Shown piece by piece: positions 10,372 through 20,628 of a DNA stretch of 64,000 bases. Within the stretch, counting starts at the first letter, position 1. Each line of letters starts with the position of its first letter. Origin of the DNA: an uncultured Poribacteria bacterium. Its GTDB lineage: Bacteria > Poribacteria > WGA-4E > WGA-3G. The notes under the pieces were generated by a model. It did no database searches and was not told the DNA's origin. It worked only from the letters and a program-made list of their open reading frames with translations. The stretch covers positions 3,232,001 through 3,296,000 of the forward strand of contig CATQHZ020000001.1 in NCBI GenBank assembly GCA_958296135.2, written 5' to 3'. The translations under genes and the position numbers were made by a program.

Positions 10372-10866
10372 ATGTTACGTTCAAAGATTTACTATCGCAA
10401 TGAACTTGCGCCGCTCCTTCAGAATGCCAAAGCCGATGGGAAAGTCGTCGTCACGACAAACGGGTGCTTTGACGTGCTACATCTAGGCCATCTCCGCTAT
10501 CTTCAAGCCGCGCGAGAGCTCGGAGAGCTGCTGGTTGTCGCGGTGAACAGCGATAGTTCGGTTCGGCAGCTCAAGGGCGAAAACCGGCCGCTTGTCCCTG
10601 AAGCAGAGCGCGCGGAAATGCTCGCGGGCTTGGAATGCGTTGACTACGTCGTTATCTTCCCCGAATTAACGCCGGTCGAGTTGCTTGCCGAGCTCAAGCC
10701 GAGCATTCATGTCAAAGGCGGCGACTATAAATTGGCGGAGCTTGTTGAGAGAGAAGTCGTTGAGGCACATGGCGGCAAGGTTATCGTCGGGCTAAACGTC
10801 CCCGGCAAATCCACAACGAATCTCATCCAAGTTATCTGTGAACGGTATAACCCAAGAATTAGGTGA
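10372..10866 (+). CDS. rfaE2: D-glycero-beta-D-manno-heptose 1-phosphate adenylyltransferase
   Basis: TNGCFDVLHLGH, VNSDSSVRQLKG.RP, VKGGDY, STT. Confidence 0.93.
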   Translation: MLRSKIYYRNELAPLLQNAKADGKVVVTTNGCFDVLHLGHLRYLQAARELGELLVVAVNSDSSVRQLKGENRPLVPEAERAEMLAGLECVDYVVIFPELTPVELLAELKPSIHVKGGDYKLAELVEREVVEAHGGKVIVGLNVPGKSTTNLIQVICERYNPRIR

Positions 10867-10965
10867 GAGCGTCTCGCCTCTGTAGTTCAAGACCGCGGCT
10901 CTTGAACCCCTGTTCGGAATCGGGAGAGCCCAAACTACAGCGCAGCCGACAAACAAAAAAGGATA

Positions 10966-12423
10966 ATGAAAATGCGCATCAACAATTCATTGACAGTTCA
11001 GGAACTAAAACCCTACATTGAAAGGCTTTTTGAACTCTCCGGCAAAAAGATTCTAGCGATTGAGGAAACGTGGCCCGCCGAAAAAGGCACCCCTGTCTTC
11101 ACCGTCGCAGGCACCTGGACAACGCGCGGGTGGACGGAATGGACGCAAGGCTTCCAATTCGGTTCTGCCATTCTCCAATTCGAGGCGACTGGCGATGAAC
11201 AGTTTCTTGAACTCGGCAGGCAGAACACCATTGAGAAGATGGCACCGCACGTCACGCACATCGGTGTCCACGACCACGGGTTCAACAACGTATCCACGTA
11301 CGGCAACCTCCGCCGTTTAATGCGGGAACGCATCATCCCGTGGAACGACGGTGAGATGCACTTTTATGAGCTCGCCTTGAAAGCCTCCGCAGCCGTGCAG
11401 GCGAGCCGATGGACACCTATTCAAGGGCGTTTGCAAAGCGCGTCTACCGGAGAAGATGGAGCGGGGTATATCTACTCCTTCAACGGGCCGCACTCCCTCT
11501 TTTCGGATACCATTCGTTCGCTGCGGGTATTAGGACTTGGACATACCCTCGGCGCAGTCCTCATGGGCGAAGGCGATGTGCCGATTTCGCTGTTAGAACG
11601 CCTGCTCCACCATTCCGAGACAACAGCTACCTATAATGTCTACTACGGCGAGGGGCGCGATGCTTATGATTTACGCGGGCGCGTCGTCCACGAATCTATA
11701 TTCAATACCAACGATGGCAATTACCGGTGTCCGAGCACGCAACAAGGATATTCGCCGTTTACGACGTGGACGCGCGGGCTCGCGTGGATTATCACCGGCT
11801 ACGCCGAACAGCTTGAGTTTTTTGATACGCTGAGCGAAGATGATATTGCGCAGGGATGTCAAGACCGGGAGGGCTCTCCTACTGAGGGGAATCGAGACCG
11901 GGAGGTCTCTCCTACGGGGATAATAACGGCGCACATGCGCAAGGCGGCGGAGACAACCGCCGATTTCTATATTAAAAATACCGCGCAGGATGGGATTCCG
12001 TATTGGGACACGGGTGCCCCCGGATTAGCGCAACTCGGCGGTTATTTGGAAACACCCGCTGATCCGTTTAACGACGTTGAACCGGTGGATAGTTCCGCTG
12101 CAGCCATCGCCGCGCAGGGATTAATCCGCCTCGGCAATTACCTTAAAAAACATGGTGAGCCTGAGGCGGGGCAAACCTACTATCAGGCCGGGTTGACAGT
12201 AGCGAAGACGCTTTTCGCCGCGCCGTATCTTTCCGAATCGGAGGCGCATCAGGGGTTGCTTTTGCATTCGGTGTATCATCGTCCGAATGGGTGGGATTAT
12301 GTGCCGGAGGGCAGGCAGATTCCGTGCGGCGAGGCATCGATGTGGGGTGATTATCACGCGCGGGAGTTGGCACTGTTGTTGTCGCGGGAAATTGAGGGGA
12401 AGCCGTATTTGACGTTTTTCTGA
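10966..12423 (+). CDS. Glycoside hydrolase family 88-like (unsaturated glucuronyl hydrolase)
   Basis: WTQGF, HDHGF, TQQGY...TWTRGLAW, PYWD, DSSAAAIAA, WGDY. Confidence 0.85.
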   Translation: MKMRINNSLTVQELKPYIERLFELSGKKILAIEETWPAEKGTPVFTVAGTWTTRGWTEWTQGFQFGSAILQFEATGDEQFLELGRQNTIEKMAPHVTHIGVHDHGFNNVSTYGNLRRLMRERIIPWNDGEMHFYELALKASAAVQASRWTPIQGRLQSASTGEDGAGYIYSFNGPHSLFSDTIRSLRVLGLGHTLGAVLMGEGDVPISLLERLLHHSETTATYNVYYGEGRDAYDLRGRVVHESIFNTNDGNYRCPSTQQGYSPFTTWTRGLAWIITGYAEQLEFFDTLSEDDIAQGCQDREGSPTEGNRDREVSPTGIITAHMRKAAETTADFYIKNTAQDGIPYWDTGAPGLAQLGGYLETPADPFNDVEPVDSSAAAIAAQGLIRLGNYLKKHGEPEAGQTYYQAGLTVAKTLFAAPYLSESEAHQGLLLHSVYHRPNGWDYVPEGRQIPCGEASMWGDYHARELALLLSREIEGKPYLTFF

Positions 12424-12439
12424 GAAGAGCGTCTGTTTC

Positions 12440-13080
12440 ACCGTAGGGCGATGGGCTGTGCCTCGCCAGGCCTCGGTCGTCACAGAACCTCACGCCAAGG
12501 ACGTTTTTCGCGTAGGTCGGGAGATCGCGAGGGACAGTGGACATCTCTGCAGCGGGACTGCAGAGATGACAAAGTTTCGGCGTAACGGCCCTCGCGCTAC
12601 GGCTAAATCCCGCTCCTTCCACCGTAGGGCGAGGGCCTGTCCCTCGCCAGGCATCGGTCTAAAGAAAACGCCCGGGCCTCTGGGCTGCGGACGGTTTTCG
12701 TGTCGGTTGAAAGATCGCGAGGGACAGGCCCCCGCGCTACGTTCAAAGAAGGCGGTTTTCTTCGGGGGATCGCGGGGGACAGGCCCCCGCGCTACGGCTA
12801 AGTCCCGCTCCTTCCACCGTAGGGCGAGGGCCTGTCCCTCGCCAGGCATCGGTCTAAAGAAAACGCCCGGGCCTCTGGGCTGCGGACGGTTTTCGCGTAG
12901 GTCGGGAGATCGCGGGGGACAGGCCCCCGCGCTACGGTTCAAGTGCGGTTTGCGTTAGGCTCGCGGGGGACAGTGGACATCTCTGCAGCGAGGCAGCAGA
13001 GATGACAAAGTTTCGGCGTAACGGCCCCCGCACTACGATGAAAAAAGAAAATCGCGGGGGATAGGCCCCCGCGCTACGCA
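12440..13080. repeat. REP mosaic (BIME-like) with a direct duplication offset by 195 nt
   Basis: Multiple alternating GTAGGGCGAGGGCCTGTCCCTCGC / GCGxGGGACAGGCCCCCGCGCTAC units between convergent genes; 12587-12700 is nearly identical to 12782-12895. Confidence 0.9.
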
Positions 13081-13104
13081 CTCCGGACGTTTTTCGTTAT
13101 AGCG

Positions 13105-16100
13105 TTAAAGCTCCGCGCTAACGCTCATCTCTAATCGATGCTCCGGTTTCCGTTGCTGAGTCGAGAGCAGGCGGTAGTTAACCCGAAACAGCAGGTCTGT
13201 GAATTTGCGCAACCGATAATCGGCAATCATGCGCACCTCATGGCTAATGCCTTCGTAAAAATAATACTGCGCAATCGGCACGCCGCCTTCACTCTCGCCA
13301 TAGCCGAGCTTGTAATTGAAATCGATCCGTCCCTGGCCGATAAGGCTATACGTGACGCGATTTTCAAACGAAAAAGTTCGAGTTTTTGCCTCAGGTTCTT
13401 CGTCCAGATGCTCCAAATCCGTGGTGCGTTTGTAGCCGCCGATACCGCTCCATCGCACCGCGCGGCTCAGTTGATATTGCAGATTCAGCTCTGTCTGCTG
13501 CTCAACTTGCCGTAGATCGGAGATAGGCGTCGGCGGTAACGGGCTCGGGCGAGCCTGCTCTATATCCGTTTCGGTAGGGTCCCCAGGCTCTGAAACATCC
13601 AAGCGCGCTACTTCATGGAGTTGGCTATACTTCTCCTTTTCCCGGCGTTGTTCCCAATTTATCCCGACAGAAAGACGTGCTGTTGGATTGACTGACAGCG
13701 CAACCTCCCATGTTCGGTGCTGCCTGTTGCGTTCCTGCGTGTTAATCCGGCGGTTGAGCGTCCGGCCAAGACGCAGGTTGAACTCAAAACTGAATTGCGG
13801 CGAAGGCGAAAATTCTAGCCGATAGTGCTGATTGACGCGCCCGAAAAGCGTTTGTGAACCTTGCAGGTTTTGGAGCAAATAGAGGGATGCCGCATCTGCT
13901 GCCTCTTGTTCCTCTGTTAGCCACACGCGCGTTTGCCCCCGGAGCGCGTTGAGAAACCACTCAAGTCTACTGCGCTCATACACGGAAGTAAATCGAGACC
14001 GGGAGGGCTCTCCTACTGGGGAACCGGTGGGCGCGCTTTGCAAGCGGGCACTACCACTAGTCACCCTCTCCCCACCGGTGGCGCGAAGACCGGTTCCTCG
14101 CGTCCGTTCCCGCCTCGCAAAAAACTGCCGCGGTTGAAAACGCAGCCTGAACGCCGCATCGATTGCAGTTGTCGGTTTATCGCCAACGTTCTGGTAGATT
14201 TTGATATGCGTGCCTTCCTCCAGGTCCTCCGCATAGTGCAAGTCGTCTAATTTGACGAAATATCCCTCTCCCGGCAGGAGCCTGCGGCCCGTGTGCGGGT
14301 GAATATCGGTGTAAATTTCCCGGCGTTGCGTCGTCAGTTTCTTATCCAATTCATAAGTAATCTCCACATCAAGCGCGCGGCTCAGGGGCGTGAGGTGGAG
14401 CGCGATGTCCGCCAGCTGCGTCGTCGTATCCGTTCCCAGTTCGGTATGCGCTTTCAGCCTCCGCCGCGCAAGGTTCGTCGTCAGATTTACCCACTTTCCC
14501 TGTTGCGAAAAGATACCCATCTTCCATGTCCGTGCTGTCGTATCCCGCTTCCAGTCTGAAATGCCCAATGCCTCCCCATCTAAAGCGAGTAAGGCCTCTT
14601 TAGCGAAGGCACTTTCAAGCTCATAACTCGTGTTGAGGGATGCCCATTTGAATCCGACCAGGTTGATACGCCCAGTTGAGCGAGTCCGTCTTCGGTTGCG
14701 GATAGCGTTCTGGGCATCGTTAGATGCTAAACGGCCCAGGGTGCCACTCATTTCAAACGGACCGAGGGGATAAGCGAGGTTGCCCTCCTGCCGCGATTTA
14801 CGAAACGTTTCCTCAGCATCCTCGCTTTGCATCATGACGTTACTACGATAGTCATCCCATCGGAGATTCGGCAGAAACTTGCGCCAATCGCTCCTAGTAA
14901 CCTCGGTTCCTCTTTCTTTCTCGCTATCAGAGAAGGAATTTGCTTGATTTTTTCCCGTGCCAAGCTCGCTCCTTAACCCATAGGACAGGGGCATGCCCCT
15001 CGCTGTACCGCCGCCGTAGGCACGCGCGCCCGAGTACGATGCCCGCCGATTGAAGTTAACCCCCCAGTTGAAATTATTGCGACGGGTTGTTGCCTCCATC
15101 CGGTCTGCCCGTGAGTTTGCCGTGTTGATTGTCCTATCCTGTTCTACACTCCTACCAAGCCCCGCGTCCACTTCTAACCAAGCGGCTGGCATCCCGCGCA
15201 AATCGAAGTTGATTGCCGTTTCATCGGTGCTCTTAGGGGCCGTCCCTCGCGACTGCAACAGAAACGCATCGTCAAACCCTTCTTTGGCATACTGCGTCTC
15301 ATAGCGGGCACGGGTACGGTTGCTACTTGATGCACCCACCGGCACGAAGCCTGCATCCATCGCGCGGATATCCAAATTCGCCGTTAACTTTTCCCAACCT
15401 GCATAACCGAGAAGTTTCCATGCCTGACTTACCTCTTTCCGGTCTGCTGTAGAATAGGTATTTTTGTCCACCGCGCTAGACGCAAATTGCCCTTCCATCC
15501 ACATCTTCTCGGTGAGATTCAGACGACTTTCCACCCCCCAGACAGTATGTTTCTGCGGCGCGGTGAGGAGACTCCCATCTCCATCCGGATCGAGGATATT
15601 TTGGCGCAGTGCATCCACATCCTCATCGTTAAGAATAATGAGTGCTTGCTCCGGTTGATTCAGATCTGTCTCGACAGCATAAGAGACACCGAAGGAAAAC
15701 CGGTCTCCGGGCAGCGTGAAAACCGAATTGATGCCGTAAAGATTCTGCTGATAAGCCCGGTCTTCCGGGATATATTCAAAGTCCACGCGGATGACATCGT
15801 TGCGGGTGATAAGGTGTTTGCTATTGAATTCTATAATCGGATCCCCGTATTCCCGGATGACATAATCGTTATTCTCGCCGCGCCGCATCTTCTCGCCGTT
15901 CAGCCAGACAATCTCACTGCCGGCTTTCACGATAACATACTCGCCATCAACCGAGAGCCGATATTCGCTGCGTCCCTCTTCCCCAGGGATGACAAGGCTG
16001 GTGGATTGCCCCTTCGGCAGCGCACTCGGAATCAGATGAAAGCGTCCCCATGAAAACTCGCCATCAACTTGGACACCCTCTAACGCGCGCGGAAAGAAAA

Positions 16101-16911
16101 TGAACTCTGACGAACCGAGCGAGCCTTCAAAATCCCCCAAAGTGCCACTCACGTTCGGATGCGTGATGCGAATTAACTTCTGATCGATGTCTTGGATGTT
16201 TTCTGTTGTTCCCTCCGGTTGGATAGGCAAATCCTGATCGGACAACATGGCGAGGACACTGATATTATCGGAGACTTTCCCCTCAACGTTGATGCGAAGT
16301 TCCTGATTCTGCGACACGGCGCGGCCGCTCCCCACCGAAATGCCGAATGTCTGACTCCCAGAAACCTCCAATTCGGAAGAGGGATCCGGCCGAGCCCCAA
16401 CGTCTTGTCCTACGATACCAGGCGATGCTACCGTTATCTCCGGTTTGTCGTCCAACAATTCATCCCCCGGACCCAAAAAGGAGCGTTTATATACCCGTTC
16501 AATGGCAAAGGGCAAAGCGCGGTAAGTTATCGTCACGTTTAACACAGAGCCCGCTTGTGCTTTATCTGGTGCTGTAAGACGAAATTGCAAGATTTTGTCT
16601 TTTTCTATCGTAATTTTCCCCGCATAGAAATCAATCTGGTAATCTACACCTCTCACCAGCACGATGCCGTTCGATGTCGTCATTTTTTCGCTATTGGGAA
16701 GAATAGGGGGATACTTGACTGTGAATTCGGGCAGCACTGCCGTAAGTTGAAACGATTCCACCTTTTGGAGAACGGAGAATGTCGGCAGAGCGAGAGAACC
16801 CTCCGTTCTTCCTAAAGCGGGTGCCATGCCCAAACAGCATGCGAGGAAAAGGAGAAGGATGCGCAAATCAGAGCCCCTCTTAACAACTTCGCGCGAGAAC
16901 CTGTCCCTCAC
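13105..16911 (-). CDS. Large putative outer-membrane beta-barrel protein
   Basis: 1268 aa, signal peptide, LVRGVDYQIDF and RRGENNDYVI motifs, alternating beta-strand pattern toward the C-terminus. Confidence 0.75.
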   Translation of the reverse strand: MRDRFSREVVKRGSDLRILLLFLACCLGMAPALGRTEGSLALPTFSVLQKVESFQLTAVLPEFTVKYPPILPNSEKMTTSNGIVLVRGVDYQIDFYAGKITIEKDKILQFRLTAPDKAQAGSVLNVTITYRALPFAIERVYKRSFLGPGDELLDDKPEITVASPGIVGQDVGARPDPSSELEVSGSQTFGISVGSGRAVSQNQELRINVEGKVSDNISVLAMLSDQDLPIQPEGTTENIQDIDQKLIRITHPNVSGTLGDFEGSLGSSEFIFFPRALEGVQVDGEFSWGRFHLIPSALPKGQSTSLVIPGEEGRSEYRLSVDGEYVIVKAGSEIVWLNGEKMRRGENNDYVIREYGDPIIEFNSKHLITRNDVIRVDFEYIPEDRAYQQNLYGINSVFTLPGDRFSFGVSYAVETDLNQPEQALIILNDEDVDALRQNILDPDGDGSLLTAPQKHTVWGVESRLNLTEKMWMEGQFASSAVDKNTYSTADRKEVSQAWKLLGYAGWEKLTANLDIRAMDAGFVPVGASSSNRTRARYETQYAKEGFDDAFLLQSRGTAPKSTDETAINFDLRGMPAAWLEVDAGLGRSVEQDRTINTANSRADRMEATTRRNNFNWGVNFNRRASYSGARAYGGGTARGMPLSYGLRSELGTGKNQANSFSDSEKERGTEVTRSDWRKFLPNLRWDDYRSNVMMQSEDAEETFRKSRQEGNLAYPLGPFEMSGTLGRLASNDAQNAIRNRRRTRSTGRINLVGFKWASLNTSYELESAFAKEALLALDGEALGISDWKRDTTARTWKMGIFSQQGKWVNLTTNLARRRLKAHTELGTDTTTQLADIALHLTPLSRALDVEITYELDKKLTTQRREIYTDIHPHTGRRLLPGEGYFVKLDDLHYAEDLEEGTHIKIYQNVGDKPTTAIDAAFRLRFQPRQFFARRERTRGTGLRATGGERVTSGSARLQSAPTGSPVGEPSRSRFTSVYERSRLEWFLNALRGQTRVWLTEEQEAADAASLYLLQNLQGSQTLFGRVNQHYRLEFSPSPQFSFEFNLRLGRTLNRRINTQERNRQHRTWEVALSVNPTARLSVGINWEQRREKEKYSQLHEVARLDVSEPGDPTETDIEQARPSPLPPTPISDLRQVEQQTELNLQYQLSRAVRWSGIGGYKRTTDLEHLDEEPEAKTRTFSFENRVTYSLIGQGRIDFNYKLGYGESEGGVPIAQYYFYEGISHEVRMIADYRLRKFTDLLFRVNYRLLSTQQRKPEHRLEMSVSAEL

Positions 16912-16951
16912 GCTCCTGCCAGAACAAACGCAACAAAGTCACAAGAAGACG

Positions 16952-17956
16952 TTATTGCCCTGAAGACGTATCCGAACGCTCTGCACCACTATAAAAAACC
17001 TGGAACACCTTGATGTCATGCGCTTCGGCATCGCTGACGAACATGCGCCCCGTTTTTGAGACAGCAATCCCCGCAGGTTCAAGCAGTGCATCGACACGCA
17101 ATTCCGTGACGCTCAAACCGGCCGGCGTGAAAACTTGGACGCGTCGATTCGCACTATCGGTAACGTAAAGGTAATTCCATTCGTCAAGCGCGATTCGCTT
17201 CGGTTCACGGAATTCGCCGCGCGCGCGCCCTTCGCCGCCCCACTGATGGACAAGATTGCCGCTGAAATCGTATTTTTTGATGAGATGGTTGCCGGTATCA
17301 ACGATATAGAGGTTGCCGTGCGCGTCAACGCCCAAGTCTGTCGCGTGCCAAAGGTGCTCCGTCCCGCTACCGAAACTGCCGCGCACTCGCACCGGTAACC
17401 CTTCAATGTTAAATTGCAGCCAGCGATGGTTGCCGGTGTCAACCACGTAAACATCGCCGTTCCTACCGATACCGATGCCCTCCGGCCGGTCCAGCGCGAC
17501 ATGGGTTTCAGAAACAGAGGTTCCACCTACCTGCAGTGGATAAAAAATCTCATCAACGAGATTGCAGTATTGCACTCGATTATTGCCCGTATCGGCAACG
17601 TAGAGGCGGTAACTCCGTTGAAAGCTGAGGGCGATGTCGGTGGGCGTATCAAATTCGCCTACGCGCCACCCACGGCTCCCGAATTCGGTGATGAAATTCC
17701 CAGACGTGTCAATAACCTGCACTCGATTATTACCCGCATCGGCAACGTAGAGCCACCCCTGTCCAGATAGGGCAAGTCCCATAGGCATCAGGAACTCAGC
17801 TGGCCCCTGTCCGGGCCTGCCATAAGTTCCAATATAGTGAATCCCGACGATACGCGGCGTTTCCCGCTCGCGATTGGAGGAACGTATCTGAATCTCTTCA
17901 GATTGCGGCAGCGTGCTGCAACCGAGGCAGACACCAAGCAGGAGACAGGCGAGCAC
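16952..17956 (-). CDS. NHL-repeat (beta-propeller) lipoprotein
   Basis: Repeated LYVADxGNNRVQ units and lipobox CLGC. Start uncertain: GTG 17956 chosen because the upstream ORF extension is made of repeats. Confidence 0.85.
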   Translation of the reverse strand: MLACLLLGVCLGCSTLPQSEEIQIRSSNRERETPRIVGIHYIGTYGRPGQGPAEFLMPMGLALSGQGWLYVADAGNNRVQVIDTSGNFITEFGSRGWRVGEFDTPTDIALSFQRSYRLYVADTGNNRVQYCNLVDEIFYPLQVGGTSVSETHVALDRPEGIGIGRNGDVYVVDTGNHRWLQFNIEGLPVRVRGSFGSGTEHLWHATDLGVDAHGNLYIVDTGNHLIKKYDFSGNLVHQWGGEGRARGEFREPKRIALDEWNYLYVTDSANRRVQVFTPAGLSVTELRVDALLEPAGIAVSKTGRMFVSDAEAHDIKVFQVFYSGAERSDTSSGQ

Positions 17957-18009
17957 GCGTCTGCTCTGGTAGGCGCGCTTTGAAAGCGCACACGGATAAT
18001 CGTAAAAAA

Positions 18010-18085
18010 GTAGCATCAAAAACGAAGTCATCGACAACGTCGGTAACGGGTGACGTAAAGCCATGTTATTGCACCCACTCACGTA
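18010..18085 (+). repeat. Inverted copy of the 5'-leader element
   Basis: GTAGCATCAAAAACGAAGTCATCGACAACGTCGGTAAC..CGTAAAG..GTTATTGCACCCACTCACGT matches the minus-strand copies at 22.7-37 kb. Confidence 0.65.
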
Positions 18086-18639
18086 GCCATCTGATTGTGG
18101 AACTGTGGTGGCAATTCAATCATCGCCTTATTGAGGAGAACCGGCAGGGGATTGAGGTCGGACGCACGAGCGCGCAAACCTAGCCGCTGTGCTTCTAGCG
18201 GAATGGAGCCGCCACAAAACGCATCATAGATGGCAGGGCAGTGTTCACCGAGGTATCGCAACACTTCATCGGGGTTCGTAGGGGCCGCTTCACCTGAGTC
18301 GCGTGCGACAGCGCGCGCAATCTCGTAGCGTGCTTCTGCCAAGAGGCTTTCATCGTTGCTGTTCTTCCAGCGAATAAGCCGCCTCACGGTGCCGTGGAGC
18401 CGGTTGCGTTCTGCGCTCTGAGCCCCTTCGGTAGGAAATTCGTCTGGACATGACGAGGGCTCGTCCACCAAACTGGCGAAAATGCAAGCGCGGCAGGATG
18501 CAAGCGGGCGGCGCGCCCAATATCTATGCAGCGTTGAGGGATGCCCAAGTTTTGAGCCTCTTTTCTCGCTGGGTCCTTCTTGATTGATAGCCTCCAGAGG
18601 CAGGCTCACCTCTATGAGTTTCTTTCGGTGTGTGGACAT
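18079..18639 (-). pseudogene. Truncated DUF1156 adenine methyltransferase (N-terminal fragment)
   Basis: KKLIEVSLPLEAIN...GHPSTLHRYWARRPLA...GGSIPLEAQRLGL..ASDLNP; only 186 aa where the family is usually ~900 aa, and no DPPY domain follows. Confidence 0.8.
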
Positions 18640-18789
18640 GATGCGTTATACCAAATGACGTTGATTTGTCTCGCGTCTATAGGCGGAGACTCGCCTGCTC
18701 TTGACTGTTACGCCTAAACACTGGTATCTCTGCTGGGGCATGTCAACAGGAAAGACATCGATTCGCGGTTTTCCTGAAACGACAAAAAA

Positions 18790-19416
18790 TTAGTTCCGCT
18801 GCACCTTGAACTTGAAGACGAATGTCGTCTGCTGTTCATTAAATTCGCTGGTGACTCTGGGTACGATAATCCGCAGGTTGCTGTAGTTAATACTCCGCTT
18901 TGGAAAATAGAGGAAAAAGCGGGTATGTTGCCTCGGCATGACGGTAGTCTTCTCAATATCTTCCCTGGGTAAGACGGCCGGATCTCCTTGTATGCGGATG
19001 GCTTTGTCCCAGCGGAACACCTCAGCGGCGAATTCGGGCGGCAGTTTCGGCCTGAAATTTTTCTTCAGGTAAAAGGATTCCTGCGATTTGTCTATCGGTT
19101 TGGTGACTTTCCCAGTCCCATCAAGCATCTGGCAATCCTTCTTTTTCAAGGAGATCCAGTGGTTCGTGCCGTTATAGATAAAGATACCGAACGCGTCAAC
19201 AGCCTTGACATCGTTAAGCGGGACTGCCATCGCTTTCACGCCGTTTCTGACGTAGCCGATGGTGCCTGTCTGCGGCATGATGGTGGCATCCGGGTCGAAA
19301 ACCGGAACGATTACCTCCGGTTGGAAGGTATCCTTGATGAAATCGGGCACCTTCGCGCAACCGAAGTGCGCGCATGCCAAGAATAGCAAGGCGACAATGT
19401 GCATCACTGTTTTCAT
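18790..19416 (-). CDS. Hypothetical lipoprotein
   Basis: MKTVMHIVALLFLACAHFGC signal with lipobox-like FGC; RBS GGAGG upstream. Confidence 0.7.
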   Translation of the reverse strand: MKTVMHIVALLFLACAHFGCAKVPDFIKDTFQPEVIVPVFDPDATIMPQTGTIGYVRNGVKAMAVPLNDVKAVDAFGIFIYNGTNHWISLKKKDCQMLDGTGKVTKPIDKSQESFYLKKNFRPKLPPEFAAEVFRWDKAIRIQGDPAVLPREDIEKTTVMPRQHTRFFLYFPKRSINYSNLRIIVPRVTSEFNEQQTTFVFKFKVQRN

Positions 19417-19493
19417 GTTTCTCTCGTGAACCTCCGATCGATTTTTTTCTAGGGCGTGGGTACGCCGCCGCATGAAGATTAAGAAAATAAACA

Positions 19494-19610
19494 GGTCATT
19501 TCCTGCACTAGGAGCCGGTCTCCCGTATACGGAGAATCTGATTATGGGCGGATAGAGACAGCCGGCCTTACACTCTTTTGAAAATAACCGCCTTAATTAC
19601 TGAAACTTCA
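19494..19610. repeat. MITE/REP-like element (GGTCATTT..GGCGGATAGAGACAGCCG..TTAATTAyTGAAACTTCAT)
   Basis: Second copy at ~53529-53629; the core hairpin recurs at 8927, 29747, 36098 and 47389. Confidence 0.65.
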
Positions 19611-19628
19611 TAACGGGGGCGTATTCGG

Positions 19629-20519
19629 TTACTGCCCGCTTTGGTCTAAGACTTCCCGGAAGTCTTCCGGTGAGTCTGCGAGGATTGCAGCGCGATGCAA
19701 CTGCTTAAGGCGTTGCAAGTCGTCAATTGCCTCCAGTCGCGGCTTGAAGCGGTTGGCAGCGTCGGGTTGCAAGCGGAGTTCCAGCACCTCAAGGATGCTC
19801 TCAAGGGCGTTGTTTCTTTCACCTTGTTGAATCCCCTTTTGCCGCTCCACGGCGGACCAGTATTGGACCAGTTCAGATTCGTACATAGTTTCCTCCGTTA
19901 ACACCTTCCAAAGCAGTTGGCGGTCGTACGTTAAATTACTTAACACCGCCATTCCGCCCAAATACGCAGGCTTGTTTGGCACATCAACACTATCGGCAAC
20001 TCGCACACACCGCCGCAGCCACTCCTCTTGGCTAACATTCGCCGGCCGCTTCATCAGCGGCGTAAAAGGGATTAACCCCTCAATTTTCGCGTTGAGAACC
20101 TGCTCTCCATCCATATCGATCAGCCGAAAAACTTGATACTCAACGAAAACGCTGTTGCCCAGTTCCTCTTGCACAAATCGTCCCGGGTCGTTTCGGCCAG
20201 CATTGGAACGAAGGTAGATGACACTGGAGAATACAGGCACCCGATAGGTTTTAATCAACCATATAATATACCATGCCATTCGGAGTGCCATGGGTGGTTC
20301 GTAACTATCCGCCGTCTGGAACTCAAAATGGATGAGGATTTCTCGACCGCTCTCAAACTTCACCTTGATGAGAACATCCGCGCTGTGCGATTCAACGGTG
20401 GGTTGCTCCGGCGTAAGCACCTCTACCTCGGTGCCTTCTGACAACTCAAAGCGGAGGCGCGCGAAGTCCTTCGGATTCTCGTGTGCATGTTTTTTAGAGA
20501 CAGTATCAAAAGATAGCAT
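19629..20519 (-). CDS. Rpn family recombination-promoting nuclease / putative transposase
   Basis: ADVLI...IHFEFQT..PMALRM..Y, PVFSSVIYL, GIQQGE tail, LKQLHRAA; start moved to ATG 20519. Confidence 0.85.
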   Translation of the reverse strand: MLSFDTVSKKHAHENPKDFARLRFELSEGTEVEVLTPEQPTVESHSADVLIKVKFESGREILIHFEFQTADSYEPPMALRMAWYIIWLIKTYRVPVFSSVIYLRSNAGRNDPGRFVQEELGNSVFVEYQVFRLIDMDGEQVLNAKIEGLIPFTPLMKRPANVSQEEWLRRCVRVADSVDVPNKPAYLGGMAVLSNLTYDRQLLWKVLTEETMYESELVQYWSAVERQKGIQQGERNNALESILEVLELRLQPDAANRFKPRLEAIDDLQRLKQLHRAAILADSPEDFREVLDQSGQ

Positions 20520-20628
20520 GGGGGCCCCTACCGCCGCAGGAATGTAGAGCGAGGAACCGGCGATGCTAATCGCCGAGGGTACCCCCTCGCCCAGACCAGA
20601 TCTGCCATAGGCACGCTGACAACCGCGC

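Noticed and set aside
12143-12958. ORFs of 150-166 aa with internal repeats
   Set aside because: Translations of the REP mosaic; no RBS and no protein motifs.
12440-13080. Possible CRISPR array
   Set aside because: Repeats alternate in orientation, spacing is irregular, spacers are duplicated, and there are no cas genes.
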